64,000 nucleotides of DNA from Candidatus Methanomethylophilaceae archaeon (lineage in GTDB: Archaea > Thermoplasmatota > Thermoplasmata > Methanomassiliicoccales > Methanomethylophilaceae). The notes under the pieces were generated by a model. It made no database searches. It saw nothing but the letters and a program-made list of their open reading frames with translations, and was not told the origin of the DNA. The first letter of the stretch is position 1. Every line of letters begins with the position of its first letter. The stretch lies in NCBI GenBank assembly GCA_944321505.1, contig CALULN010000027.1, forward strand, positions 10,672 through 74,671. The letters are read 5' to 3'. The position numbers and the translations under genes were made by a program. Below are positions 53,138 through 61,637 of the stretch, piece after piece.

Positions 53138-54619
53138 ATGCAAGCGGGGTTCGATAACGACCTTTATCTCAAGATGCAGTCCGAGCACATCCGCGAGAGG
53201 ATAGAGCAGTTCGGTGGCAAATTGTATCTGGAGTTCGGCGGGAAGATCTTCGATGACTATCACGCCTCCAGGGTGCTCCCCGGATTCAGACCGGACAGCA
53301 AGATCCGCATGCTGATGGAGTTCGGCGACCAGGCCGAGGCCCTCGTCGTCGTCAACGCCGACGATATAGAGAAGAACAAGAAGCGCGAGGACCTGGGGAT
53401 CACCTACGACATGGAGGTCCTGAGGCTCGTCGACTCCTTCAGGGACCGCGGGATACCGGTCGCCGGCGTCGTCATCACCCACTACACCGGCCAGAGGTCC
53501 GTGGACCTCTTCCAGATGAAGGTTGAGAACCTGGGCCTCAGGGTCTACCGCCACTACCCCATAGCAGGGTACCCGTCCAACATCCCCCTCATAGTCAGCG
53601 ACGAGGGCTACGGCAGGAACGAATTCGTGGAGACGACCCGTCCGCTGGTGGTCGTCACCGCCCCCGGGCCCGGCAGCGGCAAGATGGCGGTCTGCCTGTC
53701 GCAACTGTATCACGAGCACAAGCACGGCGTGAACGCCGGATACGCCAAGTTCGAGACGTTCCCCATATGGAACCTGCCCCTCACCCACCCCGTGAACATC
53801 GCCTACGAGGCAGCCACGGCGGACCTGGCCGACAGCAATATGATCGACCCCTTCCACCTGGAGGCCTACGGGGAGACCACGGTCAACTACAACCGCGACG
53901 TGGAGATCTACCCGGTCCTGAAGGCGATCCTGGACAGCATCTCCGGCGGATGCCCCTACCGCTCCCCTACGGACATGGGCGTCAACATGGCGGGGAAGTG
54001 CATCGTGGATGACGATGTGGTCCGCCATGCCGCGCTGAACGAGATCGTCAGGAGGTACTTCTCCTCCGCCAGGGACAGAAGGGAGGGCAAGTGCGACGAC
54101 GCCCAGGTGTTCCGCCAGGAGCTCATCATGCAGCGTGCCGGCGTGGACGTGGACTTCAGGAAGGTCGTCACCGTCATCCGCGAGAAGATGAAGGACGTGG
54201 ACGTCCCCATCGTCGCCGCGGAGCTCGCCGACGGGACCATAGTCACCGGCAAATCATCGCCTCTGCTGAGGGCATCCTCGGCCATGCTGCTGAATGCCCT
54301 CAAGACCCTGGCGGGCATCGACGACAGCGTGCTGCTGATCTCTCCCGAGGTCATCAAATCCATGCAGCGCCTCAAGGTGGAGTTCCTTGGCAACAGAAAG
54401 CCCAGCCTGCACGTGGACGAGATGCTGGTCGCCCTCTCCATAGCGGCCAACACCGACCCCGTGGCAGAGGCGGCGTTCTCCAAGATCCCCGAGCTGAAGG
54501 GATGCGAGGTCCACTGCTCCGTCATCATCTCGAAGGTGGACGAGGACATGTTCCGCAAACTCGGGATGAACCAGACCTGCGAACCCGACTACCAGACCAA
54601 CTGCCTTTTCCACATATGA
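53138..54619 (+). CDS. DUF1846 (UPF0371) family protein
   Basis: The N-terminus FDNDLYLKMQSEHIRERIEQFGGKLYLEFGGKIFDDYHASRVLPGF matches the family signature as I remember it. Confidence 0.8.
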   Translation: MQAGFDNDLYLKMQSEHIRERIEQFGGKLYLEFGGKIFDDYHASRVLPGFRPDSKIRMLMEFGDQAEALVVVNADDIEKNKKREDLGITYDMEVLRLVDSFRDRGIPVAGVVITHYTGQRSVDLFQMKVENLGLRVYRHYPIAGYPSNIPLIVSDEGYGRNEFVETTRPLVVVTAPGPGSGKMAVCLSQLYHEHKHGVNAGYAKFETFPIWNLPLTHPVNIAYEAATADLADSNMIDPFHLEAYGETTVNYNRDVEIYPVLKAILDSISGGCPYRSPTDMGVNMAGKCIVDDDVVRHAALNEIVRRYFSSARDRREGKCDDAQVFRQELIMQRAGVDVDFRKVVTVIREKMKDVDVPIVAAELADGTIVTGKSSPLLRASSAMLLNALKTLAGIDDSVLLISPEVIKSMQRLKVEFLGNRKPSLHVDEMLVALSIAANTDPVAEAAFSKIPELKGCEVHCSVIISKVDEDMFRKLGMNQTCEPDYQTNCLFHI

Positions 54620-55125
54620 TCGAGGTGCCCATGCAGCCGAACATGAAGAACAACCATATGACGGCCGAAGAGGCCGTGAAGGCTCTGGAGGGCATGTCCT
54701 CCGGCGCCCTGTGCTCGAACGGAGAGGACGGATTCCCATATGCGGCACCCGTGAACTTCGCTGTGATCGACGGGATGGTCTACATCCACGGCAGGAGGCT
54801 CGGGGAGAAGGTGGACAACCTCAGGAAGGACCCCAGGGCCTGCTTCGCCGCCTGGAGGGAGATAGGTTTCGAGGACACCGGACCCGCGGGATGCGACACC
54901 ACCACCGTGTTCGAATCCGTCATCGTCAAGGGCGAAGCGGAGTTCATCGAGGATGACGACGAGAAGGCAAAGGTGCTGCAGGCGATGGTGGACAAAATGG
55001 CTCCGAGCAAAGAGCCCATGGACATGAGGAAGGTCCCGCCCACCTGCGTCTACCGCATCGTCCCGACGGAGGTCACCGGGAAGTTCCATCGGGCTATGCG
55101 GGGCAACAGCGTCAGGGGTGCCTGA
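54616..55125 (+). CDS. Pyridoxamine 5'-phosphate oxidase-like FMN-binding protein
   Basis: GALCSNGEDGFPYAAPVNFAVIDGMVYIHG...RKDPRACF...VIVKGEAEFIEDD, a split-barrel flavin-binding pattern. ATGA overlap with the upstream gene. Confidence 0.75.
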   Translation: MIEVPMQPNMKNNHMTAEEAVKALEGMSSGALCSNGEDGFPYAAPVNFAVIDGMVYIHGRRLGEKVDNLRKDPRACFAAWREIGFEDTGPAGCDTTTVFESVIVKGEAEFIEDDDEKAKVLQAMVDKMAPSKEPMDMRKVPPTCVYRIVPTEVTGKFHRAMRGNSVRGA

Positions 55126-55310
55126 CGACTCCCGCAGACACATCGGAATCATCCCGGGGAACCCTCTGAAGCCGCAGCCCAGCTACCATAAAGCAGGCTC
55201 AGCCCCATGAAAAAGTGCATCAGAACCACTTTTTTACCCCCCAAAAAGATTGTCGATAATGATTTTTTCAGGGGGCTAATTATTTCAACCGGCACACGCT
55301 CCCCGAACGC

Positions 55311-56666
55311 ATGAAGAGGTTCCTGGAGGACGATCTGGTCAGATGGAAGGACGATCCCGGAAGGAAACCCCTGATCCTCAAGGGACTGCGACAATGCGGC
55401 AAGACGTACCTGCTCAGAGAATTCGGAAGCAGGCATTTCAATGACACCGCATACTTCAACTTCGAAGGAAACAAGAGATTGGCAGCGGTCTTCGAACCCG
55501 ATCTGGACACCGACAGAATAGTCTCCGAACTGTCCGCCATCCACGGACGCACCATCACTCCCGACACCCTGGTGATTTTCGACGAGGTGCAGTTCTGCTA
55601 TGCCGCACTGACCTCGCTGAAGTACTTCTGCGAGAACGCCCCTCAATACCACATCGCCTGTGCCGGGTCCCTGCTAGGGCTGAAGCTCTCAAGGACCAGA
55701 AGGGGTGACGACATCCTCTCGTTCCCGGTGGGGAAGGTCGACTTCCTGAAACTCAGGCCCATGTGCTTCGGCGAATACGTTCTGGCCAGGGACGGAGAGG
55801 CGATGTTCAGGGTGCTTGCGGACACGCTTCCGTACGAACCGCTCCCCGAATCGGCGATGATGCGCCTTGACACATTGCTGACGGAATTCATCTGCGTAGG
55901 GGGCATGCCGGAAGCCGTGCATGCATGGATATCCACAGGCAGCATGGAAGCCGTGGACAGGATCCACAGGAACATACTGGCGTCATACGAGAACGACCTG
56001 GCCAAACACTCCGGCGAGAGCTTCGGGAAGATCAGCAGAGTATGGGCCTCGGTGGCGGAGCAGGTGGCTGAAGACGGTGACAGGTTCAGACTGAAGGAGG
56101 CCGGCGGGAACACATCCACACTTTCTGGCGCAATCAGCTGGTTGATAGGCGCGGACCTGATACGCCGTGTCTGGGAGGTCAACGACGACAGGAGCCCTCC
56201 TAACCCGAGAGGCGGCATCTACTACAAGCTCTACTTCAACGACGTAGGGCTGCTCAGGTCGAAGACGGGCATGTCATGGGATGCCGTCAGGACCAATGAC
56301 GCCAGGACCTCGAAGCTCATAGGGGCCCTCACAGAGAACTTCGCACTTCAGGAGCTGGACTACGCCTTGGACCGCGACGGGCATGAGCTGTGCTTCTGGA
56401 AGAACGGAAAAGGCAGAGCCGAAGTGGACTTCATAGCAGATATCGGGAGCTCCAACATACCTATCGAGGTGAAATCAGGCGATTTCGGCAGGATAATGGG
56501 GTTGGAGACCTACTGCGGCAGATACTCTCCGGGACTCACCGTGGTGGCATCGCGCAGGAACGTAAGGTCCCCCGAAGGAAGCAGATGGATGATGCTCCCT
56601 CTGTGCCTCCTCTGGAGATTCAGTGATTACGCACAGGCCTATGACGCATCGACTCGGGAGCATTAG
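55311..56666 (+). CDS. AAA-type ATPase with DUF4143-like C-terminal domain
   Basis: Walker A LKGLRQCGKTY and Walker B LVIFDEVQ. The C-terminal half (E.DF......IPIEVKSG) is typical of the AAA_14/DUF4143 architecture. Confidence 0.8.
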   Translation: MKRFLEDDLVRWKDDPGRKPLILKGLRQCGKTYLLREFGSRHFNDTAYFNFEGNKRLAAVFEPDLDTDRIVSELSAIHGRTITPDTLVIFDEVQFCYAALTSLKYFCENAPQYHIACAGSLLGLKLSRTRRGDDILSFPVGKVDFLKLRPMCFGEYVLARDGEAMFRVLADTLPYEPLPESAMMRLDTLLTEFICVGGMPEAVHAWISTGSMEAVDRIHRNILASYENDLAKHSGESFGKISRVWASVAEQVAEDGDRFRLKEAGGNTSTLSGAISWLIGADLIRRVWEVNDDRSPPNPRGGIYYKLYFNDVGLLRSKTGMSWDAVRTNDARTSKLIGALTENFALQELDYALDRDGHELCFWKNGKGRAEVDFIADIGSSNIPIEVKSGDFGRIMGLETYCGRYSPGLTVVASRRNVRSPEGSRWMMLPLCLLWRFSDYAQAYDASTREH

Positions 56667-56737
56667 CGGATGAGACCATGCATCCGCACACATGAGACGG
56701 TACGGAACGCACGCATCGTGAACAGGAGAATACGGTA

Positions 56738-56815
56738 TGGCGAACGGGGAGGGATTCGAACCCCCGGCCTGCAGCTTAGGAGGCTGCTGCCATATCCAGA
56801 CTAGGCCACCCGTCC
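56738..56815 (-). tRNA. tRNA-Arg (anticodon CCU), CCA encoded
   Basis: Hand-folded cloverleaf: acceptor GGACGGG/CCCGTTC, anticodon stem GCAGC/GCTGC with loop CTCCTAA, T-arm GGGGG-TTCGAAT-CCCTC, discriminator G, then CCA. Confidence 0.9.
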
Positions 56816-56865
56816 GTGAGACTGCGTAATGATGTTTGGTTTAAAAGGTTTGTGATTTGGCCGGA

Positions 56866-57579
56866 TTACTCAGCGGCCTTGTCGTCAGCCTTCTCCTTGG
56901 GCTTCTCCCAGACCTCGAGGAACTCGACGGTGTCGACTCCCAGGACGTCCCTGAGGTCGCTGACGATCCTGAACTTGGCCATGAGCCAGTTGGAGTTGAA
57001 CTTCACCAGGTCGGAGACCTTGACGGTGACCTTGTCCTTGGAGATCTCGAAGGAGAAGTCCTCGGAGGTGCCGAAGTCCATCTGGACGACGGAGGAGGCC
57101 TTCGCCTCGGCGTCGGAGACGACCTCGGTGATGGTGAACTCGTACCTCAGGTCCTTGCCGGCCAGGGGGTTGTTGAAGTCGACCCTGACGCGTCCGGCGG
57201 AGACGGACTCCACGATGCCGGTGCGGTCGCCCAGCCTGACGCTCAGTCCGGGGAAGGGCCTGATGCCCTGCTTGGCAAACTCGTTCATGGTGTGGAGCTC
57301 GACCAGCTTGGGGTCCCTGGGGCCGACTGCGTCGTCGGAGGCGATCTCCACGGAGTTGTCCTCGCCGACCTTGGCGGCGGAGATGGCCTCCTCGATGGGC
57401 TTGAAGAGCTTGCCGGAGCCCACGATGAAGGGCATGGGGGCGTAGGAGTACTTCTCGTCGAAGATTCCGGCCTCCTTGGCCTTCTCAGCGTCGGTGGTGT
57501 CGTAGAGCCTGCCTGTGTCGGCGATGTAAGCGTTGTAGTTCATGCGGACGATGTCGCCCTTCTTCACGTTGTCAGCCAT
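56866..57579 (-). CDS. Long-type FKBP peptidyl-prolyl cis-trans isomerase (FKBP plus IF insert plus C-terminal domain)
   Basis: GDIVRMNYNAYI...PMPFIVGSGKLFKPIEEAI...VDFNNPLAGKDLRYEFTI. ATG 57579 with GGTGA 7 nt upstream. The track start 57588 is GTG. Confidence 0.9.
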   Translation of the reverse strand: MADNVKKGDIVRMNYNAYIADTGRLYDTTDAEKAKEAGIFDEKYSYAPMPFIVGSGKLFKPIEEAISAAKVGEDNSVEIASDDAVGPRDPKLVELHTMNEFAKQGIRPFPGLSVRLGDRTGIVESVSAGRVRVDFNNPLAGKDLRYEFTITEVVSDAEAKASSVVQMDFGTSEDFSFEISKDKVTVKVSDLVKFNSNWLMAKFRIVSDLRDVLGVDTVEFLEVWEKPKEKADDKAAE

Positions 57580-57653
57580 TTGGTTCACCTTATAAAGTGA
57601 TGGTATGAGGACGGCCTATAGCGCCCCGATATTAAAGGTATCCGTTCTGACCT

Positions 57654-58163
57654 TCAGGAGAGCTCTGTGCGTACCGCACGCAGATCCATGCGCGACAGTG
57701 CGCTCCTGGCTATCACCGCCCTCACGGACCGGTAGCCCTCGAACAGGCGGATGCCGGCGGCCTGCGGATCCAGCGACATGATGATGACGTCGTCCCCTCT
57801 ACCCTCGGCGGCGAAGCATCCCTCCGGGCCGTCTCCGAACTCGATGGGGTAGTCCGTGTGTATGTCCCATTCCACCTCGTCGAATCCCCTGTTGCAATCC
57901 TCGTAGATCGTATCGGGCTCCTCTGCGGAGTAATAGGCCCTGATCTCCGGGATGTCGAAGGATGCGTCCACGAAGAGGTACAGGTACCCGGATGCCGGGA
58001 GGAGACCTTCCGAATCCAGCTCCCCGAGGTTGAGCTGGCACATGAACCAGCAGTCCTCCGGCCATGGCTCCTCGTCCGCCCAGGACTCCGGGACAACGGG
58101 GTCGCCGAAGAACCTCGAGCCCTCGTATTCCGCATCTCCTGCCTTGCCGAGCCTGTATCTCAT
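57654..58163 (-). CDS. DUF1963 (YwqG-like) domain protein
   Basis: FFGDPVVPESW...WFMCQLNLGELDSEGLLPASGYLYLFVD matches the family core. ATGA overlap with the upstream Sel1 ORF. Confidence 0.65.
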   Translation of the reverse strand: MRYRLGKAGDAEYEGSRFFGDPVVPESWADEEPWPEDCWFMCQLNLGELDSEGLLPASGYLYLFVDASFDIPEIRAYYSAEEPDTIYEDCNRGFDEVEWDIHTDYPIEFGDGPEGCFAAEGRGDDVIIMSLDPQAAGIRLFEGYRSVRAVIARSALSRMDLRAVRTELS

Positions 58164-59836
58164 CGGTACTCCGCCTCCATCTCCGCCGCCTCTCTCCTCA
58201 GTGAGGCGGCGCGTTCCGAATCGTGTCTGACCCATATGCCCGCATCGTACATGGCGGCCAGGTTGAGTGTGCATTCGCGTGACCCTGCGTCGCGTCCCTT
58301 GGAGAAGACGTCGAAGGCGGCGGCCTCGTCCCTGGGTATGCCGGTGCCGTTGAGCAACATGTACCCGAGGGCGGACATGCACAGGGTGTCGCCCATGGAC
58401 GACCCCAGCGAGAACCATTTGGCGGCCTCGTCCGGATCCTTCCCGATACCGATGCCGTCGAGATACGCCAGTCCGGTGCTGTACACCCCTTCCGCGCTTC
58501 CCGACACCGCTGCCGACAGGTACATCTCGAATGCCTTCCCGGCATCCGCCTCCACCGGATCGCCGAGCTCGTACATGATGCCGAGACGGTACTTCGCATC
58601 AGCGGATCCGGCGGAAGCCGCCGAGCGGTACCATTCGAACGCCTTACGACGGTCGGTACGGACGGCCTGACCCGTCTCGTACATCAGCCCTATCCTGTAC
58701 ATGGCCTCCGGGTTCCCCGCCTCGGCGGAATCGCAGAAGAGGGAGAAAGCCTCGTCCGGTTTCCCGTGGACGGTGCCTGCGCATATGCAGCGGGCGAGGT
58801 CGCATTTGGCATCCGTGTTCCCCTTGCCCGATGCGGAACGGAGGAGCTCCTCCGCTCTGAGAGGATCGCGGTCGACGCCCTCTCCCTCCAGGTACATGAG
58901 AGCCAGTATCCCTTCCGCCTCGGAGCTTCCCGCATCGGAGGCCTTGGTCAGGAACCTCACGGCACCTTCTGTATCTCCCTTCTGCCTGAGCAGGGCACCC
59001 AGACTCACCATGCATGGAGCGTCGCCCCTATCGGCTCCGAGACGGAACCATCTCTCGGCCTCCTCTTCGTCGGCATCCACGGCCCCGCCGCCCATGTACT
59101 CCCTTCCGAGCATCAGGCAGGCTGAGCAGTCCCCTTCGGAAGCGGCTTTCCTCAGCTTCCTGAGGCCCTCCGCCGCATCCTGCAGAGAACCGGACAGCAG
59201 GTCGGATGCTTCGGCAGTTGGGTCGCCGGTCATTTCCTGCCCACCACGCAGATCCATTCCCCGGGGCCCCTGTGGATCTCTATCCCTCTGAATCCGGCCC
59301 CCCATGAGCTCCGAGATATCCTCGGCGGACAGGATGTGCAGCCCTTCGATCGCATCCTGGTAGGTGCGGTCCTCAGGGTCGCTCATCTCGCAGACCACGG
59401 CGAAACGGCCCCCGTCCTTCAGAACCCTGGCCGCCTCGGCGAACGCTTTCTCCGGATGCTTCCAGAAGAACACCGTCTCGAAGGCGGTCACCATGTCGAA
59501 GGTGTCGTTCCTGTATGGCATCTCCCTCACATTGCCCAGGTCCACCTGGCACCTGCCGCCGTATCCTTTGCAGAGCCTCCTGCTGGCGGCCACGCTGCGC
59601 TCGGAGTAGTCCAGCCCCTGGACCACCGCCCGCGGGTCCCGGTCCAGCATCCTCTTCAGATTGGCTCCGCCTCCGCACCCGGCATCCAGGATGCGGCCTC
59701 CCTCCGGCAGGTCCATCAGCCCGATGGCCCATTCCGACAGCGGGCTGTGGTTCCTGTTCATGCGCCTCAGCATCATCTCCCCCAGGACCCCCCTGGGCTT
59801 CCTCGTGTTCTTCAGGTAGAATCTCGGCAGCATCAT
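58160..59836 (-). CDS. Class I SAM-dependent methyltransferase fused in frame to a Sel1-repeat protein (the fusion depends on a G6/C6 homopolymer at 59298-59303)
   Basis: N-terminal part: ILDAGCGGGANL...MVTAFETVFFW...LKDGGRF. Sel1 units run from MTGDPT (ATG 59233) onward. One G fewer would restore the canonical methyltransferase end AGFRGIEIHRGPGEWICVVGRK*, with an ATGA overlap onto the Sel1 ATG. Confidence 0.7.
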   Translation of the reverse strand: MMLPRFYLKNTRKPRGVLGEMMLRRMNRNHSPLSEWAIGLMDLPEGGRILDAGCGGGANLKRMLDRDPRAVVQGLDYSERSVAASRRLCKGYGGRCQVDLGNVREMPYRNDTFDMVTAFETVFFWKHPEKAFAEAARVLKDGGRFAVVCEMSDPEDRTYQDAIEGLHILSAEDISELMGGRIQRDRDPQGPRGMDLRGGQEMTGDPTAEASDLLSGSLQDAAEGLRKLRKAASEGDCSACLMLGREYMGGGAVDADEEEAERWFRLGADRGDAPCMVSLGALLRQKGDTEGAVRFLTKASDAGSSEAEGILALMYLEGEGVDRDPLRAEELLRSASGKGNTDAKCDLARCICAGTVHGKPDEAFSLFCDSAEAGNPEAMYRIGLMYETGQAVRTDRRKAFEWYRSAASAGSADAKYRLGIMYELGDPVEADAGKAFEMYLSAAVSGSAEGVYSTGLAYLDGIGIGKDPDEAAKWFSLGSSMGDTLCMSALGYMLLNGTGIPRDEAAAFDVFSKGRDAGSRECTLNLAAMYDAGIWVRHDSERAASLRREAAEMEAEYR

Positions 59837-60600
59837 CTCATCCCCGCGTACCTCATCACGCTCTCCAGCTCCTCGGCGGTGGCATGGCGGTACCGCCCCA
59901 CCGGAAGGTCCCCCAGTTCGATGTCCAGCACCCTCACGCGTTTCAGCGACTTCACCTCGTATCCGAAGTGCTGGCACATCCTGCGTATCTGACGGTTGAG
60001 CCCCTGGGTTATGATTATCCTGAGTGTGGAGCGGCCGATCCTCTCCGTCCTGCAGGGGCGGGTGACGGTGTCCAGTATCGGGACTCCGGATGACATGCCC
60101 CTGAGGAACGCATCGGTCACCGGCTTGTCGACCTTCACTATGTACTCCTTCTCGTGACGGTAGCGTGACCTCATTATGCCGTTCACCAGGTCGCCGCGGT
60201 TCGTCATCAGCAGTAGGCCCTCGGAATCCTTATCGAGCCTGCCGATCGGATAGATGCGGCGGCTGTAGCCGATGTACCGCACCACGTTGTCCTTCGAATC
60301 CGCGGCGGTGGTGCACTCAATCCCCACGGGTTTGTTGAAGATCAAGAGCACCGTCTCGCCATCGTCGGAGATCCTGCGGCCGTCCACGGTGACTGTCTGC
60401 CCCGGGAGCACCTTCTGCCCGGTCACCGCCGTCACGCCGTCGACGGAGACCCTGCCCTCCTCTATGAGGGTGTCGGCTTGACGGCGGGAGCAGACCCCGC
60501 AGTCAGCGATGTACTTGTTCAGCCTGAGCGGCCCCTCACCGGATGCGGCATCCTTCCCCTCGGATCCGTCAGACGTACCTGAGCGTCCCCTTCCCGTCAT
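59833..60600 (-). CDS. RsuA/RluB/RluF-family pseudouridine synthase with N-terminal S4 domain
   Basis: S4 region LRLNKYIADCGVCSRRQADTLIEEGRVSVDG. Catalytic motif IGRLDKDSEGLLLMTN. Confidence 0.85.
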   Translation of the reverse strand: MTGRGRSGTSDGSEGKDAASGEGPLRLNKYIADCGVCSRRQADTLIEEGRVSVDGVTAVTGQKVLPGQTVTVDGRRISDDGETVLLIFNKPVGIECTTAADSKDNVVRYIGYSRRIYPIGRLDKDSEGLLLMTNRGDLVNGIMRSRYRHEKEYIVKVDKPVTDAFLRGMSSGVPILDTVTRPCRTERIGRSTLRIIITQGLNRQIRRMCQHFGYEVKSLKRVRVLDIELGDLPVGRYRHATAEELESVMRYAGMR

Positions 60601-61558
60601 GGCACTCTATCCTTGCCTCGGCACCGTTGAGCATCGTCATCCTCGGCGCACGGTGACCCACATCCGCATCGAAGACCAAAGACACCTCCAGATGACCCAG
60701 CGCCTTACGGACATCGGCGATGTACGCATCGGCACCGCCCTCATAGAACAGCGGCCTACCGAAGAGGAAGCCCGCTGCGCCGGAGAACCATCCCGCCGAT
60801 TCCATCCTCCTGAGGGAACCGACGAGGTCCGCCCTGCCGGACTCGTAGGTCTCCATGTACCATATCACTCCGTCGCATTCCCCGCAGAACCCGCTGACGC
60901 AGTCCCTGTCCGTCCCCGGGATCATGGCCAGCTTGTCGCTGCATCCTCCGATGAGGGTGCCTTCCATGGTCACATCGCCATCGGAGACCCACCTCACGGG
61001 GGTGTCGCCCACGGTGGTCTCGGTGCCGGTGAGGCGCTCCCCGTAGGCGCTCTCGTACATGTCGTACGAAGACTGCTCGCAGCGGGTCCCCTCCAGGATC
61101 TCGATGTTCTCCGTGACGCTCTGATGCCAGGGGCTCATGCCGAAGTCCCCGAACTGGCCGGCGTAAGATGATACTATGCCGCATTCCAACGTCAGCATCA
61201 GACAGATGTCGGTGTTGTCCGAGTACCCCTGGAACCATTTGGGGTGGTCCCGCAGGACATCCCTGTCGACGTACGGGAGGATCTCGTTCAGGAAATCCCC
61301 GCCCTTGGCGGAGAAGACAGCGGTGACGCTGTCGTCCAGGAACAGGGACTCCAGCTCCGCCGCCCGCTGTTCCGCTGGCGCGCTGCGTCCATCGGTATCT
61401 GTGAACACGTCCGGGGTGAACCTGACCCCGTATCCCCTTCCGGACATGCGGCGCGCCGCGTTCCCGAACCTGACCGTGTCCGCGAACTCCGAAACCCCTG
61501 CGGACGGTGCGGTGACCCCCAGGGTGTCGCCCTTCTTCAGGAATGCAGGACGCTTCAT
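60569..61558 (-). CDS. S66-family LD-carboxypeptidase/MccF-like serine peptidase
   Basis: GDTLGVTAPSAGV...SAKGGDFLNEILPYVD...GYSDNT...DADVGHRAP, the pattern of the S66 family. Confidence 0.8.
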   Translation of the reverse strand: MKRPAFLKKGDTLGVTAPSAGVSEFADTVRFGNAARRMSGRGYGVRFTPDVFTDTDGRSAPAEQRAAELESLFLDDSVTAVFSAKGGDFLNEILPYVDRDVLRDHPKWFQGYSDNTDICLMLTLECGIVSSYAGQFGDFGMSPWHQSVTENIEILEGTRCEQSSYDMYESAYGERLTGTETTVGDTPVRWVSDGDVTMEGTLIGGCSDKLAMIPGTDRDCVSGFCGECDGVIWYMETYESGRADLVGSLRRMESAGWFSGAAGFLFGRPLFYEGGADAYIADVRKALGHLEVSLVFDADVGHRAPRMTMLNGAEARIECHDGKGTLRYV

Positions 61559-61599
61559 GGACGCGGAAGCGCCTCCCTGCCTTTTCTGGATGTCGGTGG

Positions 61600-61630
61600 A
61601 AAAATCAGACGGAGGGGGCGGACCCCCTCC
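61600..61630 (-). terminator. 8-bp GC stem-loop plus T5 after the MMPL gene
   Basis: GGAGGGGG-CGGA-CCCCCTCC (61611-61630), followed on the minus strand by GTCTGATTTTT. Confidence 0.5.
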
Positions 61631-61637
61631 TGTTTGG

